DNA of 64,000 bases from an uncultured Bacilli bacterium (GTDB taxonomy: Bacteria; Bacillota_I; Bacilli_A; RFN20; CAG-288): contig CALVMW010000001.1 of assembly GCA_944349335.1 (NCBI GenBank), positions 423,671 through 487,670 of the forward strand, read 5' to 3'. Position numbers and translations under genes: made by a program. Shown here in pieces: positions 6,561-16,950 of the stretch (positions are counted from its first letter, which is position 1; each line of letters begins with the position of its first letter). The notes beneath the pieces were generated by a model, which worked only from the letters and a program-made list of their open reading frames with translations, had not been told where the DNA came from and did no database searches.

Positions 6561-8759
6561 ATGAAAAAGAATATTTCAATTTGTTTATTACTAACACTTG
6601 CAACGATCAGTTTAGCTTCTTGTGCAGATACTTCATCACAAGTTTCAAATAGTTCTACTGGCTCTTCTTCAACAACTAGCTCTAACTCTTCTAGTAGTTC
6701 TAGTAGTTCTAGTAGTTCTTCTACACCGACCACAGATAATGAACCTAGTGAAGTCAGCTTAAAAAGGAGCGGCAATATCGACCTTACCTTAGACTTAGGT
6801 ACTCTCGGTAATATGTTTTTAGGAGCTATCGATTATTCTTCACCTATCGAACTCGCTTACCAAAGAATAGATGATAAAGTAGCTTATGAAAATGGTAACT
6901 TCTCTTTATCTATCTTACCTGCTGATTCTAGTTTAGCTAGCGAGGATATTTTAAGTAACTATAACTCCTTAAAAGTTCTCTACAGCTTAAATATGCTCTC
7001 TTCATTAGGCTTAGATGTCTCCTTCCCTAACTTCTATCTCTCATCTTATTATCGTTATAACGATATCGTAAGCAGTTTAGCTACTGAAGAAGCTACACCT
7101 GAAACTCTCTCATTAAACTTTTTAGGTAACAATTTTATCTACGCCGATACTTTTGAAGATAAATTAGCTGGTTATGCTATCGCTGATGCTTCAAGTGTCT
7201 CTTCACTTGGAACAGTATTAGATATTGTCGAAGAAGGAACGAGCGCTCTCTTTGCTAATTTAGACTTATCTAGCATCGACTTAACTTTAACTAGTATCTT
7301 CTCTTTATTGAACACTTTACTTCCTGATTTAGGAGAAGTTCAACCTATCATTTCAACTATCGGTACAGTATTAGTTGCTTTAGGTGATTATGTCGATATC
7401 TCTATCGATGAAAGAAGCGATGACTACACTTATATCACTTTAAATTTAGACTTAAATGAAGAAGGTAAAGTTTTCTTAAACGATCTTCTTTCTTCTATGC
7501 CTGAATTAAGTGCTATTGGAACAATCACCGCTGAAGATATTTCATTATCTTTCTCTTTCTATGATGATGAATATGGCTATACTCAAATCTCATCTTTAGG
7601 TTTAAGTGCTAATATCAATGCCAATGTCTTAGGCTTCCTTTCTCTTCCTATCGCTTTAGATTTCAACTGCAATTTAGGTAGTACTGAAGAAGAATTACAA
7701 GACACATATTTTGATGATCTTACTACTACTTTAAATTCATATTCTACCTTAGCTAGTGAATATGATACCTATTTCTCAAAGATTCGTGGCTATGCTACAC
7801 ATAATGGTTTATTAGGTTCTGAAAGCATCAATGCTAAAGAATTAGATGTTTCTAATGCTGCTCATGATGATTTAGAAGAAGCTATTAATAGCTATTCATC
7901 ATTAAGTGATGAACTTAAATTTATGATTTCAGATCATTACTTAGAACAGATTGAAGATGGCACATTAGAAAATAATTATCAATCCGCCTTAGCTACTTTA
8001 ACCTCTGCTATTGATAAATATAATTCATTAGGTACAATCGATAGCACAAATATCGCAACAATTCTTCCGTCAACTGTCACCCAATATAAAAATTGGCGTC
8101 AAGGATTAGTAGATAATGGAGGTGAGAATTTAATCTCAGCTTTAGATAGTTACTTAACTACTTATTTATCTGAATATCAAGTCTCACTCAACACTTTAGA
8201 AAGTGCTACTTCAGCTTATGTAGCTAATAGCACTGATGAAGAACTCTATACTACCCTTTTAGATGCTTATGAAGATTCTAGCTCCTTTACTCTTGATACA
8301 GCTTACTTCTCCGATGAACTTTTAAGCGAATATCAGAGCTTACAAATTCAAGGTCAAGATATTTTAAATAGAGCTAAAGAAGCTATTTCTACTCATGTCA
8401 TCTCTACTCTTTCAAACACTGCTTTAACTTACACCGATTTAGTTAACTTCATCGATTCTTCAAGAGAATATCCGATCATCTCTGATAGTTTAATCTCTTT
8501 AGTAGCTAGTGATGAATCTTGCCATACTAATGTAGTTTCTGTAATCCAAGCTCAAGCTGATCAATATTTCACTGATGCTAGTAAAGCTTTTGTTACAGCT
8601 ACTGAAGAAACTTATATCGATATCGCAAGAACCATCCGTCAAAACTATACCGATATTGAAGAGATAGCTAATACTTATTTAGGTGAAAATAACGAAGTAA
8701 CTGAGACTATTAGTAACATCTATGCTCTCTATCTCGGTGTTATGGAAGCTTTTGCTTAA
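6561..8759 (+). CDS. Large surface lipoprotein (732 aa) with a Ser/Thr-rich linker; function unknown
   Basis: Signal peptide plus lipobox LASC. Poly-Ser tract encoded partly by the tandem triplicated unit AGTTCTAGT. Confidence 0.7.
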   Translation: MKKNISICLLLTLATISLASCADTSSQVSNSSTGSSSTTSSNSSSSSSSSSSSSTPTTDNEPSEVSLKRSGNIDLTLDLGTLGNMFLGAIDYSSPIELAYQRIDDKVAYENGNFSLSILPADSSLASEDILSNYNSLKVLYSLNMLSSLGLDVSFPNFYLSSYYRYNDIVSSLATEEATPETLSLNFLGNNFIYADTFEDKLAGYAIADASSVSSLGTVLDIVEEGTSALFANLDLSSIDLTLTSIFSLLNTLLPDLGEVQPIISTIGTVLVALGDYVDISIDERSDDYTYITLNLDLNEEGKVFLNDLLSSMPELSAIGTITAEDISLSFSFYDDEYGYTQISSLGLSANINANVLGFLSLPIALDFNCNLGSTEEELQDTYFDDLTTTLNSYSTLASEYDTYFSKIRGYATHNGLLGSESINAKELDVSNAAHDDLEEAINSYSSLSDELKFMISDHYLEQIEDGTLENNYQSALATLTSAIDKYNSLGTIDSTNIATILPSTVTQYKNWRQGLVDNGGENLISALDSYLTTYLSEYQVSLNTLESATSAYVANSTDEELYTTLLDAYEDSSSFTLDTAYFSDELLSEYQSLQIQGQDILNRAKEAISTHVISTLSNTALTYTDLVNFIDSSREYPIISDSLISLVASDESCHTNVVSVIQAQADQYFTDASKAFVTATEETYIDIARTIRQNYTDIEEIANTYLGENNEVTETISNIYALYLGVMEAFA

Positions 8760-8784
8760 TAATCCATAATCAAAGCCAAAAGAA

Positions 8785-8815
8785 AACCTCAGGTATTATC
8801 CTGAGGTTTTTTATT
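8785..8815. terminator. Bidirectional rho-independent terminator between convergent genes
   Basis: AACCTCAGG-TATTAT-CCTGAGGTT plus T-run; A-run on the other side. Confidence 0.7.
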
Positions 8816-8827
8816 ATTTTTTAATTC

Positions 8828-10051
8828 TTACTTAGCCCAATTACCTTGAATAAAGATAGGAACTTCTTTTCCATCTTTAGTTGTTCCAATAATATTCATA
8901 TCTTCACTACCGATCATAAAATCACAATGGATCAAAGAAGAATTGATACCGCTAGCCTTTATCTGTTTTTCACTCTTTTTATCAAAATCACGAACGAGGT
9001 TAGAGAATCCTTGACCTAAAGCGAGATGGCAAGAGCAGTTTTCATCAAAAAGGGTCGAATAGAAAACAATACCTAAATCATTGATCGGAGAATGATAAGG
9101 AATTAAAGCACACTCACCTAACATTCTACTTCCTTCATCAGTATTAATTAAATGTCTTAAAGCATCCTCACCCTTTTCAGCATGTAAATCAACAACTTTA
9201 CCATCCTTAAATACTATATAGAAATTATCAATAAGTTGACCGTCGAGATTCAAAGGCTTAGTAGCGACAACTTTACCTTCGCATCTACCAGCGATAGGAG
9301 AAGTAAAAATCTCTTCTGAAGGTATATTAGGCTCGAATACAATATCTTCATCCACTCTCTTCTCCTCTCCTCCTAAAAAGAGAATATCCGGATTTAAAGA
9401 GACTTCAAAATCTGTTCCATTCTTAGAACTATACTTCAATTTAACTAATTGTAAAGAATTAAGCCAGCTAGATTTTTCTTTAAGATTTAAGGCGTGTTCT
9501 TCCCAGTTTCTAATAGGATCACCTTCAAAAGCACGAGAAGCTTTTAAAATATTTTCCCAAAGCTTTTCGATCGCTTCTTCATCATTAAGTTCCGGGAAGA
9601 CTTTCTTTGCCCATTTTAAGGAAGGAGCGCCAGCAATACACCACTGAACTTTATTTTCGAATTGATCACGATACTTTTTAATAATCTTTCTTCTAGCATT
9701 ATCGATGCTAGAGATTTTACTAGCATCTAATCCTGCTAAAGCGTCAGGATCTTGAGATTCAATAAAAAGGCGACAAGCATGATGATCAGCAATATACTTC
9801 CACTTCTCTTCCTCAAAAGTTTCTAACTTATCTAAATCCGTCGCTTTTTCATATTCTAAACGTGAAACGACAGGATCTTCATAAGTTATAAATACTTTTC
9901 TAGCACCAGCATCATAAAGCTCTTCTAATAACATGTGATTAAAACTTGCTTGCTCGATAGTTGTTGTAAGCATTACATCTTGACCTTTTTGAACATTAAG
10001 GCCTACTCTAGCGATCAAACGCGCATAATTTCTTAATCTACTTTCATTCAT
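8828..10051 (-). CDS. Aminopeptidase, M29 family (PepS/AmpS-like)
   Basis: N-terminal MNESRLRNYARLIARVGLNVQKGQDV... is typical of M29 thermophilic-type aminopeptidases. Start chosen at the second ATG (10051), which has GGAGGT 7 nt upstream. Confidence 0.7.
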   Translation of the reverse strand: MNESRLRNYARLIARVGLNVQKGQDVMLTTTIEQASFNHMLLEELYDAGARKVFITYEDPVVSRLEYEKATDLDKLETFEEEKWKYIADHHACRLFIESQDPDALAGLDASKISSIDNARRKIIKKYRDQFENKVQWCIAGAPSLKWAKKVFPELNDEEAIEKLWENILKASRAFEGDPIRNWEEHALNLKEKSSWLNSLQLVKLKYSSKNGTDFEVSLNPDILFLGGEEKRVDEDIVFEPNIPSEEIFTSPIAGRCEGKVVATKPLNLDGQLIDNFYIVFKDGKVVDLHAEKGEDALRHLINTDEGSRMLGECALIPYHSPINDLGIVFYSTLFDENCSCHLALGQGFSNLVRDFDKKSEKQIKASGINSSLIHCDFMIGSEDMNIIGTTKDGKEVPIFIQGNWAK

Positions 10052-10055
10052 TTTA

Positions 10056-11651
10056 TTACCTCCTAATTTCATCAGCTAATTTTTGTCTATCTATCTTACC
10101 AATATTTGTTCTTGGTAATTTAGCTTTAATAATAATTTTTTCAGGCTTAGCATATCTAAACAAAACTTCATCTAAATGTTTTTCAATTCTCTCTTTTAAT
10201 ACATCATCTTTTTGATTGATATCCTTTTCAATAAAGAGAGCAAAATAAGGATGATCTTTATCAGAAATAAAGATAGCTGCTGAAGTGATTACTCCTTTAC
10301 AAGCTTCAGCCTTCTTTTCTATCTCACTCGGGAAAATATTATAACCAGCAATCTTATGCACATCATTATTTCTATTTACAAAAAAGAGATAACCATCCTC
10401 ATCAAGATAGCCGATATCACCAGTAACTAAATATTTTTGACCATCTAAATAATAGAATGGCTGCTTATCTTCTTTAGTATTCATATAACCTAAACAAAGA
10501 GAAGGAGAAGAGATCAAGATAAGACCTTTTTCATTAGCTTTCCTTTCAACTTTAAAATCTTCAGGATCGACAACGCGCACTATTACATCATCGATAGGTT
10601 TACCGACAGAATTAGGTTTATTATTTTTAAGAGTATTAACAACATTGACAGATAAAGTTTCTGTTAAACCATAACCTTGAAGTAATCTATTGATACTATG
10701 ATGTTTAATCATCATCGCATCAAAATCAGCTGTCAGATTAGCATCGGGCTTATCGGCGCCAACAAAAGTAGAGATAAGATTCTGTAATATATCGCTATCA
10801 AACCCTTTTTCCTTCATTAGCTTATTTATCATATAAGGAATACCTAAGAGGATATTTATCTTATTCTCTTTTATCTTTTTTACTATCTCTTTAGTATCAA
10901 AATTAAGCAATAAACAAGTCGCTGCTCCATTAGAAAGAGGAGCATGGACAGACATTACAAGGCCATAGCCGTGAAAAATAGGTAAAACTCCGATAATAGA
11001 TAGTCCATAGGGACAATGACAAAGCATCTTTTCCGATTGCTTTGTAATAAAGTTTATAGCTTTTTGGGAAACGATAACTGTCTTACTTTTACCAGTTGTT
11101 CCACCGCTTTGTAAATAAATAGAACCTCTAGTGTCATCATCATCAATTTCAAAAAAAACCTTTGGTCTCTTCATCTTATAAATATATAAAGTAGGATCAA
11201 TATTCTTTAGAGCTTTACGATAAAGAAATTTAAAACCTAAATATGTTAAAGAAGAGACATCATCATGAATAGAAAGATAATGAATACTAATCTTTCTTTC
11301 TTTTAAAATATCTAAATACTTATCAGCTAAGACATCAAACAATAAAATATGTTCAGCTTTTGTCTCTCTTAAAAGTTCTTTTAAATCATCTTTCGGAATA
11401 AGAGGATGAACGATACTGATAGTCGCTCCAATTTTACTAAGAGCATATAAAGCTATGATGCACTCAGGGGCATTAGGCGCGAGTAGAGAAACGACAGTCT
11501 CTTTCTTAATACCTAAAGAATAAAGTTTATCTGCCATCTCATCAACTCTATTTAAAAAAGTCGGATATTTTATTGTTTCATTACGAAAATGAATAGCATT
11601 ATTTTGACAACTACGATATTTATCCACAGTTAAATATAATGTTTCACTCAT
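10056..11651 (-). CDS. AMP-dependent synthetase/ligase (acyl-CoA synthetase-like adenylating enzyme)
   Basis: AMP-binding motif SGGTTGKSKTV (T-S/G-G-T-T-G-x-P-K-G-like) and a C-terminal ...PRTNIGKIDRQ motif. Confidence 0.75.
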   Translation of the reverse strand: MSETLYLTVDKYRSCQNNAIHFRNETIKYPTFLNRVDEMADKLYSLGIKKETVVSLLAPNAPECIIALYALSKIGATISIVHPLIPKDDLKELLRETKAEHILLFDVLADKYLDILKERKISIHYLSIHDDVSSLTYLGFKFLYRKALKNIDPTLYIYKMKRPKVFFEIDDDDTRGSIYLQSGGTTGKSKTVIVSQKAINFITKQSEKMLCHCPYGLSIIGVLPIFHGYGLVMSVHAPLSNGAATCLLLNFDTKEIVKKIKENKINILLGIPYMINKLMKEKGFDSDILQNLISTFVGADKPDANLTADFDAMMIKHHSINRLLQGYGLTETLSVNVVNTLKNNKPNSVGKPIDDVIVRVVDPEDFKVERKANEKGLILISSPSLCLGYMNTKEDKQPFYYLDGQKYLVTGDIGYLDEDGYLFFVNRNNDVHKIAGYNIFPSEIEKKAEACKGVITSAAIFISDKDHPYFALFIEKDINQKDDVLKERIEKHLDEVLFRYAKPEKIIIKAKLPRTNIGKIDRQKLADEIRR

Positions 11652-12568
11652 AATCTAAACCCCATTGAAAGTAATATAACACCTAAGATAATTATGATGA
11701 TCGGCTGATGCAAAAAATAAACCCAGAGAGTATGTCCTCCGATAAATAAAATAGGTTTAAAAACCGGAAAACGTAAAAACTGTAGATATGATTCTTTCTT
11801 ATTTTGATAAAGAATTTTACCGAAAGCTATACCTAAAAAGATAAGACCTAAATAGGGAAAAATCGGCCAATAATCGATAGGAGCTGAATAATAACCTAAT
11901 GCGACATAAAGAGGAGAAAGAGGATCTTTATTAATCCAATCAAGGTAACTGATACCACTGATACTACTCACCGGCCAAGTTACATTAGATAAAGAATCAG
12001 TCAAATAGCCATTTCTTAAAAATAAACCGATAAAAAAGACTAAAAAACCGATAACAAAACATAATAAAACTGGTACTTCTTTCTTCAAAACTTTTTTATA
12101 AAATAGCTCGATCAAAGCATATATAAGTATAGATAAGCCCATGATATGTAAAATACCAAAGCCGATAAAAACATTATAATGCAAGATATCACTGATCAAA
12201 TAAGAACCGAGAGAGATCAATAAAGCTGCTCCACATAATAAAAGTCCTCTTCTTAAATTATTTCTAGATAAAGAAGAGGAGATACCACAAGTAAAAAGAA
12301 ACATACCAGCAAAGAAAGGAACGAGGATATCATGTAAAAAAGAATTGCTCATTATCTCTTGGCAAAGAGAGACAAAAGAATCTAAAGCTGGATAATTATT
12401 GATTATGCTTTGATAATTAGAGATAAGAGAAGGAAGCTGAGTGATATCATAACAAAAATGATAAAGAACAACTAAAAAAATAGGTATACCTCTCAAAAGA
12501 TCTACCTCATATATACGCTTTTTTTTCTTTAGAGGATCTATTCCTTTAGTTAACACAGCAGCTGTCAC
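11648..12568 (-). CDS. Polytopic membrane protein, acyltransferase_3 / DUF1624-like
   Basis: EVDLLRGIPIFLVVLYH N-terminal signature and multiple TM helices. Overlaps the upstream ligase gene by 4 nt. The start (GTG at 12568) is uncertain. Confidence 0.5.
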   Translation of the reverse strand: MTAAVLTKGIDPLKKKKRIYEVDLLRGIPIFLVVLYHFCYDITQLPSLISNYQSIINNYPALDSFVSLCQEIMSNSFLHDILVPFFAGMFLFTCGISSSLSRNNLRRGLLLCGAALLISLGSYLISDILHYNVFIGFGILHIMGLSILIYALIELFYKKVLKKEVPVLLCFVIGFLVFFIGLFLRNGYLTDSLSNVTWPVSSISGISYLDWINKDPLSPLYVALGYYSAPIDYWPIFPYLGLIFLGIAFGKILYQNKKESYLQFLRFPVFKPILFIGGHTLWVYFLHQPIIIIILGVILLSMGFRL

Positions 12569-12772
12569 GTGTAAAATTATATCATCTTCTTATTTTTTTG
12601 TTAGAAAAAATCAAATCTAAGCCTTAAATAAATACTAATTAAACTTTTGTAATAAAATCAGAGGTAAAAAATGGACATAAAAAAAGAGTTTCTCTAATTT
12701 CTCTAAAAGTTTAGATATTTTAGGCTTTTCTACTATATAATATTAGTGCTCTAAAGAGCATGAGGTAATATA

Positions 12773-15385
12773 ATGAAAACAAAAATAAAATTTTTAACAA
12801 CTCTCGTAACTATTGCTGCTCTCTCTTTTTCTTGTTCTGAAAATTCATCTTTATCGATTCCTTCTTCCAATTCTTCAACAACCTCCTCTTCTACTTCAAG
12901 TTCAAGTTCATCCTCTTCTTCCTCTTCTTCATCAAGCTCATCTAGTTCTAGCTCAAGTTCATCTATCAGCGTCGCTACTTACTACACTATTCAATGGCTA
13001 AATTATGATAATAGCGTCTTAGAGACAGATGTCGTCTTAGAAGGTGAGATGCCTACTTACGATGGAGAAACACCAACTAAACCCTCTTCTACTTTCTATG
13101 ATTACACCTTCACCGGTTGGAATAAAGAAGTTGTCCCTGCTACACAAGACACCTCTTATACTGCAACCTTTACCGAAAAAATCCGCAGTTATAATGTAAC
13201 TTGGTTAAATTATGATGGTTCAACTTTAGCTATAGATTCCTTTACAGCTGGTTCTATCCCCTCCTACGATTTCTCAACTCACGGCGTACCTACTAGAGAG
13301 TCAGATGCTCAATATTCTTACACCTTCTCCGGTTGGTCCCCTGCTATCACTGATACAACTTATGTTGAAAGTGATTTAACCTTTACCGCTACTTATTCAA
13401 GCACTGTCAATACTTACAACATCACAACTTATCTAAATATTGGTCCTAATGCTGGTTCTGGAACTAATCATAGCTATGAATACGGTACTAGTGTTAATGC
13501 TAGCGACTTAGGAACACCTAGTTATCCTGGCTATAACTTTATCGGTTGGTTCTATGATTCAAGTTGTACTGAGCCTGTTTCTTTCCCCATAACAGTCACT
13601 GAAAATATCTCGATTTATGCTGGATTTGAAGCTGCTATAACTTATCGTTACGATGAAGAAGCTCAATACTACATCGTCTTAGGCATCGAAGATGATACAT
13701 TAACAGATATAAACTTTATTCCTAGTGAATATGATGATGGAGTTAATGGTCTCCATCCTGTCGGTGCTATCGGCACAAACGCTTTCAAAGGTATGACTAA
13801 TTTAAAATCAATAACCATTCCTGAAAGTGTCAACATCATCAAATTATCCGCTTTTGAAAACTGCACTAACCTTACAACAGTCTCTCTCTCTTCCGGTTTA
13901 GTCACAATTGGAAATAAAGCTTTCCTAAATTGCTCCAGCCTCAATGAAATTAATATTCCTACTACAGTTACTACTATAGGTAACAACGCCTTTAGAGGTT
14001 GCTCTAGTTTAACTGCTTTACAATTAGATAATGTTACCTCCATCGGCAGCTTTGCTCTTTATGGATGCACTGATTTAACTGAAGTAAACTTACCTAACTG
14101 CACTACTATCGGAACTAATGCCTTTAGTGAATCAACTAATCTCACTACAGTCAACATCCCCTTAGTTACAACTATTCCTCAATCTGCTTTTGAAAGATGC
14201 ACATCCTTAACTTCTCTTACCTTATCTTCTTCTCTTACAACAATCCATAAATCGGCTTTTAGAGATTGTGAAAAGCTCCCGTATTTAGTTATTCCTAGCA
14301 CGATAACAACTATCGAACGCTTAGCTTTTGCTGGCTGTGATTCTCTTACCCTTTTCTTTGATGTCGCTCGTCCTAGTGATGATATCTATAATCTCTCAAC
14401 CTTTGATGGCGAAGCTTATTTTAAAGGTGAGTGGACATATGATGAAAATAACATCCCTGTCCCTAATAGCGATATTGAAGAACCCACTGATCCCGGTGAT
14501 ATTGTTGAATTAGAAGTTTCTATTCCTTCTTTACCTACTCTCGAAGCTGGTGATCAATATGCTATCAATCCTACAGCTAACAAGGCTGGTGCTACTTTCG
14601 TTTACACTTCTTTAAATCCCGATATCGCTATTGTCGATGCTAATGGTGTTATCACTGCTGTTGCTACTGGCGTTGCTGAAATTAAAGTCTCTGCTACTTT
14701 AGGTGATGAAACTGATGCAAGCAGAGTTACCTTAGTCGTCAGAGATTCTTCTGTCAAAATCGAAGCTGCCTTCACTGGTAATAAAGTCGTTTTTGCTGAT
14801 GATCCTGATTTCAACTACACAAGAGTTGAAGGTCGCGTTGTCAAAGATGATGGTCAAAACGATTATAGCCAGAGACTTGTTTATACAACCGAAGATACAG
14901 ATTTAATCGAACTCGATGAAAATACTGGCCACATCATCGGTGTCTGGCAAGGCCAAGCTAACGTTAATATCACTTCCACTGACAATCCTGAAGTTTCTAC
15001 TTGGATTGTTGTTACTATCAGATTCAGAAATCAAAACGCTGCTGATTGGATCCACTTCAATACTGAAGATGCCCATTTATATGTCGGCGATAAATTAAGT
15101 GTTAATGATAGAATCACTTTCGATGAAGACAATGATGGTCTTACTGGTTTCACAGCTGATCACATCGCTTTACTCAAAGAAAGACTCACTTGGACTCTTG
15201 AAGGTAATGATGGTTATCTTGAAGAGACCGCTAATGGTGAATATACCGCTATCGCTGCTACACCCGCTACTACTCTTCCTACCGCCAGAACAGATATTGC
15301 TGATTTAGTCGCTACCGTTACAATCCACATCCATGATGAAATCGGTGGTTACTTCTTCAGAACTGGTGATACAGCTGCTGAATAA
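12773..15385 (+). CDS. Surface lipoprotein (870 aa) with Listeria-Bacteroides (Flg_new) repeats, BspA-type leucine-rich repeats and Big_2 Ig-like domains
   Basis: Lipobox LSFSCS; roughly 40-residue poly-Ser linker. YTFTGW / YTFSGW / YNFIGWFYD repeats; IGxNAFxxCxxLTxV LRR units; PDIAIVDANGVITAVATGVAEIKVSA Big_2 motif. Confidence 0.75.
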   Translation: MKTKIKFLTTLVTIAALSFSCSENSSLSIPSSNSSTTSSSTSSSSSSSSSSSSSSSSSSSSSSSISVATYYTIQWLNYDNSVLETDVVLEGEMPTYDGETPTKPSSTFYDYTFTGWNKEVVPATQDTSYTATFTEKIRSYNVTWLNYDGSTLAIDSFTAGSIPSYDFSTHGVPTRESDAQYSYTFSGWSPAITDTTYVESDLTFTATYSSTVNTYNITTYLNIGPNAGSGTNHSYEYGTSVNASDLGTPSYPGYNFIGWFYDSSCTEPVSFPITVTENISIYAGFEAAITYRYDEEAQYYIVLGIEDDTLTDINFIPSEYDDGVNGLHPVGAIGTNAFKGMTNLKSITIPESVNIIKLSAFENCTNLTTVSLSSGLVTIGNKAFLNCSSLNEINIPTTVTTIGNNAFRGCSSLTALQLDNVTSIGSFALYGCTDLTEVNLPNCTTIGTNAFSESTNLTTVNIPLVTTIPQSAFERCTSLTSLTLSSSLTTIHKSAFRDCEKLPYLVIPSTITTIERLAFAGCDSLTLFFDVARPSDDIYNLSTFDGEAYFKGEWTYDENNIPVPNSDIEEPTDPGDIVELEVSIPSLPTLEAGDQYAINPTANKAGATFVYTSLNPDIAIVDANGVITAVATGVAEIKVSATLGDETDASRVTLVVRDSSVKIEAAFTGNKVVFADDPDFNYTRVEGRVVKDDGQNDYSQRLVYTTEDTDLIELDENTGHIIGVWQGQANVNITSTDNPEVSTWIVVTIRFRNQNAADWIHFNTEDAHLYVGDKLSVNDRITFDEDNDGLTGFTADHIALLKERLTWTLEGNDGYLEETANGEYTAIAATPATTLPTARTDIADLVATVTIHIHDEIGGYFFRTGDTAAE

Positions 15386-15392
15386 AAAATAG

Positions 15393-15430
15393 ATAAGCAC
15401 CGATCCTTTTAGGATTGGTGCTTATTGTTC
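15393..15430 (+). terminator. Rho-independent terminator after the lipoprotein gene
   Basis: ATAAGCACCGATCC-TTTT-AGGATTGGTGCTTAT hairpin plus T-rich tail. Confidence 0.7.
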
Positions 15431-15453
15431 TTAAAAGAAAAATCTTTTATAAT
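15425..15453 (+). promoter_or_regulatory. Candidate sigma70 promoter for the jetABC-like operon (TTGTTC, 17 nt, TATAAT)
   Basis: TTGTTC at 15425-15430, a 17-nt spacer, TATAAT at 15448-15453. Confidence 0.5.
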
Positions 15454-15489
15454 TTTTGTTTGATTACTCCACTTGAAAGGATAGATATA

Positions 15490-16941
15490 TTGTCTAAGTT
15501 ATTTGAAAGAATTCCCGCCGATCTCTTCTCCCCTTTATCTCGCAAATATAGGTCAGTTTATGCTTTTGCTTTACTTTGTCTTTATCGTTGCTTAAAGACT
15601 TATAAAACCGATATTAAAAAGGTTGATTATATTAACATGATTAAAAATCAAGGTGTCGACCTGATGTCCCTTTTTAATGTCGATATGGATAAACTCGACG
15701 ATAAGGAAGAGGAAGATCAAGTTGAAATTAAAGAAGATGGTGATATTTTAAATAACAAAGTTAATTATATTGTCCGTAAACTAGCTAATTGTGGTTGGTT
15801 TATTATAAGTAAAGATTCAAACACTAATATCGAATACATCTATATCCCCGCTTACTCAATTCAATTTTTGAAAGTGATCGACGATTTAACTTCTGATATC
15901 GGCTCTTATTTACCTTTAGTCCATCAAACTTATGCTGAACTAAAAATGGAAGATGATAAAGAAGACGATTATATGTATCGAGCTCTTTTAAATGCTAGAA
16001 ATAATGCTGATTCTATCGAGATGTCTGTCACTTTATTAAGGCAGCAAATATGCGTCTTCGGTAATCGTTTAACTTCTGTTTTAGATCCTAATATCGCTCT
16101 AAAGCAACACTTTGATGATTATAGAGTCAATGTTTCTGATAAATATTATCATCCGATGAAAACTTTCGATTCCTTAGGCCTCTACTCTCAACCAACTATA
16201 TCTATTTTAAGAAAGTGGCTAAAAAGTGAAAGAATCATCGCCCTTTTAGTTAAAGAAGCTAAAAGTGAACCGATGAACCGCAACAGAGATGAAGCGCAAC
16301 TGACAAAAGAGATGATAAAAATAATCAACGAAATCATCGATATTTTCTCTCGCTTGACTGCTAGCTTTAATGAAATAGATAAGGCTAATGCTAACTATAC
16401 AGAGCAAGTACAGAAAAAGATTAATTATCTCTCTTCAACTGATAAAACTGTCAAAGGTAAAATCGATCGTATAATCCTAGCTTTAGCTAATGAAATTAAA
16501 AATAATCCCTCCTTAAGATATGATGAATTGCCCCTATTAGAGCAAGCTAGTGAAACTCTCCTATTAAATAGGCAAGGTTATATTGATACTTTCTCTCTTA
16601 CGATGCCCTTTAAACGTGCAGTTAGCGAGAATAGTGAACCTCTGCCCCTAGATGATGATTTTATACCTGATGACGATCTTTTAGCTGATTATTTTGATAA
16701 CCAATTAAATCGCTTTTCTGACCGCTCTATTCTTAACTTTATAGATAGCATCATGGAAGGAAAAGATGAAATAACAACTACAGATATTCCTATTGAAAAT
16801 GCTGATCAACTAGTTATGATGATTTTAGCGATCATCAAAGCTGTCCTTGGAGTTATACCTTATACAGTCACTAAATTATCTGACCGTATCGACTATGCTA
16901 ACTATTATATGCCGTTATATAAATTTGTCCGTAAAAAGTAG
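15490..16941 (+). CDS. JetA/MksF-like kleisin-family protein (Wadjet / MksBEF-like system subunit)
   Basis: About 484 aa from a TTG start (GAAAGGA RBS 9 nt upstream; the track's longer ORF from 15415 overlaps the terminator). Assigned from size and position: first gene of a 3-gene set followed by a roughly 210-aa protein and a roughly 1140-aa SMC-like ATPase. No motif confirmed by eye. Confidence 0.5.
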   Translation: MSKLFERIPADLFSPLSRKYRSVYAFALLCLYRCLKTYKTDIKKVDYINMIKNQGVDLMSLFNVDMDKLDDKEEEDQVEIKEDGDILNNKVNYIVRKLANCGWFIISKDSNTNIEYIYIPAYSIQFLKVIDDLTSDIGSYLPLVHQTYAELKMEDDKEDDYMYRALLNARNNADSIEMSVTLLRQQICVFGNRLTSVLDPNIALKQHFDDYRVNVSDKYYHPMKTFDSLGLYSQPTISILRKWLKSERIIALLVKEAKSEPMNRNRDEAQLTKEMIKIINEIIDIFSRLTASFNEIDKANANYTEQVQKKINYLSSTDKTVKGKIDRIILALANEIKNNPSLRYDELPLLEQASETLLLNRQGYIDTFSLTMPFKRAVSENSEPLPLDDDFIPDDDLLADYFDNQLNRFSDRSILNFIDSIMEGKDEITTTDIPIENADQLVMMILAIIKAVLGVIPYTVTKLSDRIDYANYYMPLYKFVRKK

Positions 16942-16950
16942 GAGGAGATA

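Noticed and set aside
6548-6775. 75-aa minus-strand ORF rich in Glu/Leu
   Set aside because: It is the antisense reading of the poly-Ser (AGT/TCT) tract of lipoprotein 6561-8759, with no RBS. An antisense artefact.
13669-15308. Several 60-124-aa ORFs on both strands inside the 870-aa lipoprotein gene (for example 13669-14043, 14328-14513, 14602-14814, 14916-15098)
   Set aside because: All are nested in a long, well-supported CDS, have low-complexity translations, and have no RBS.
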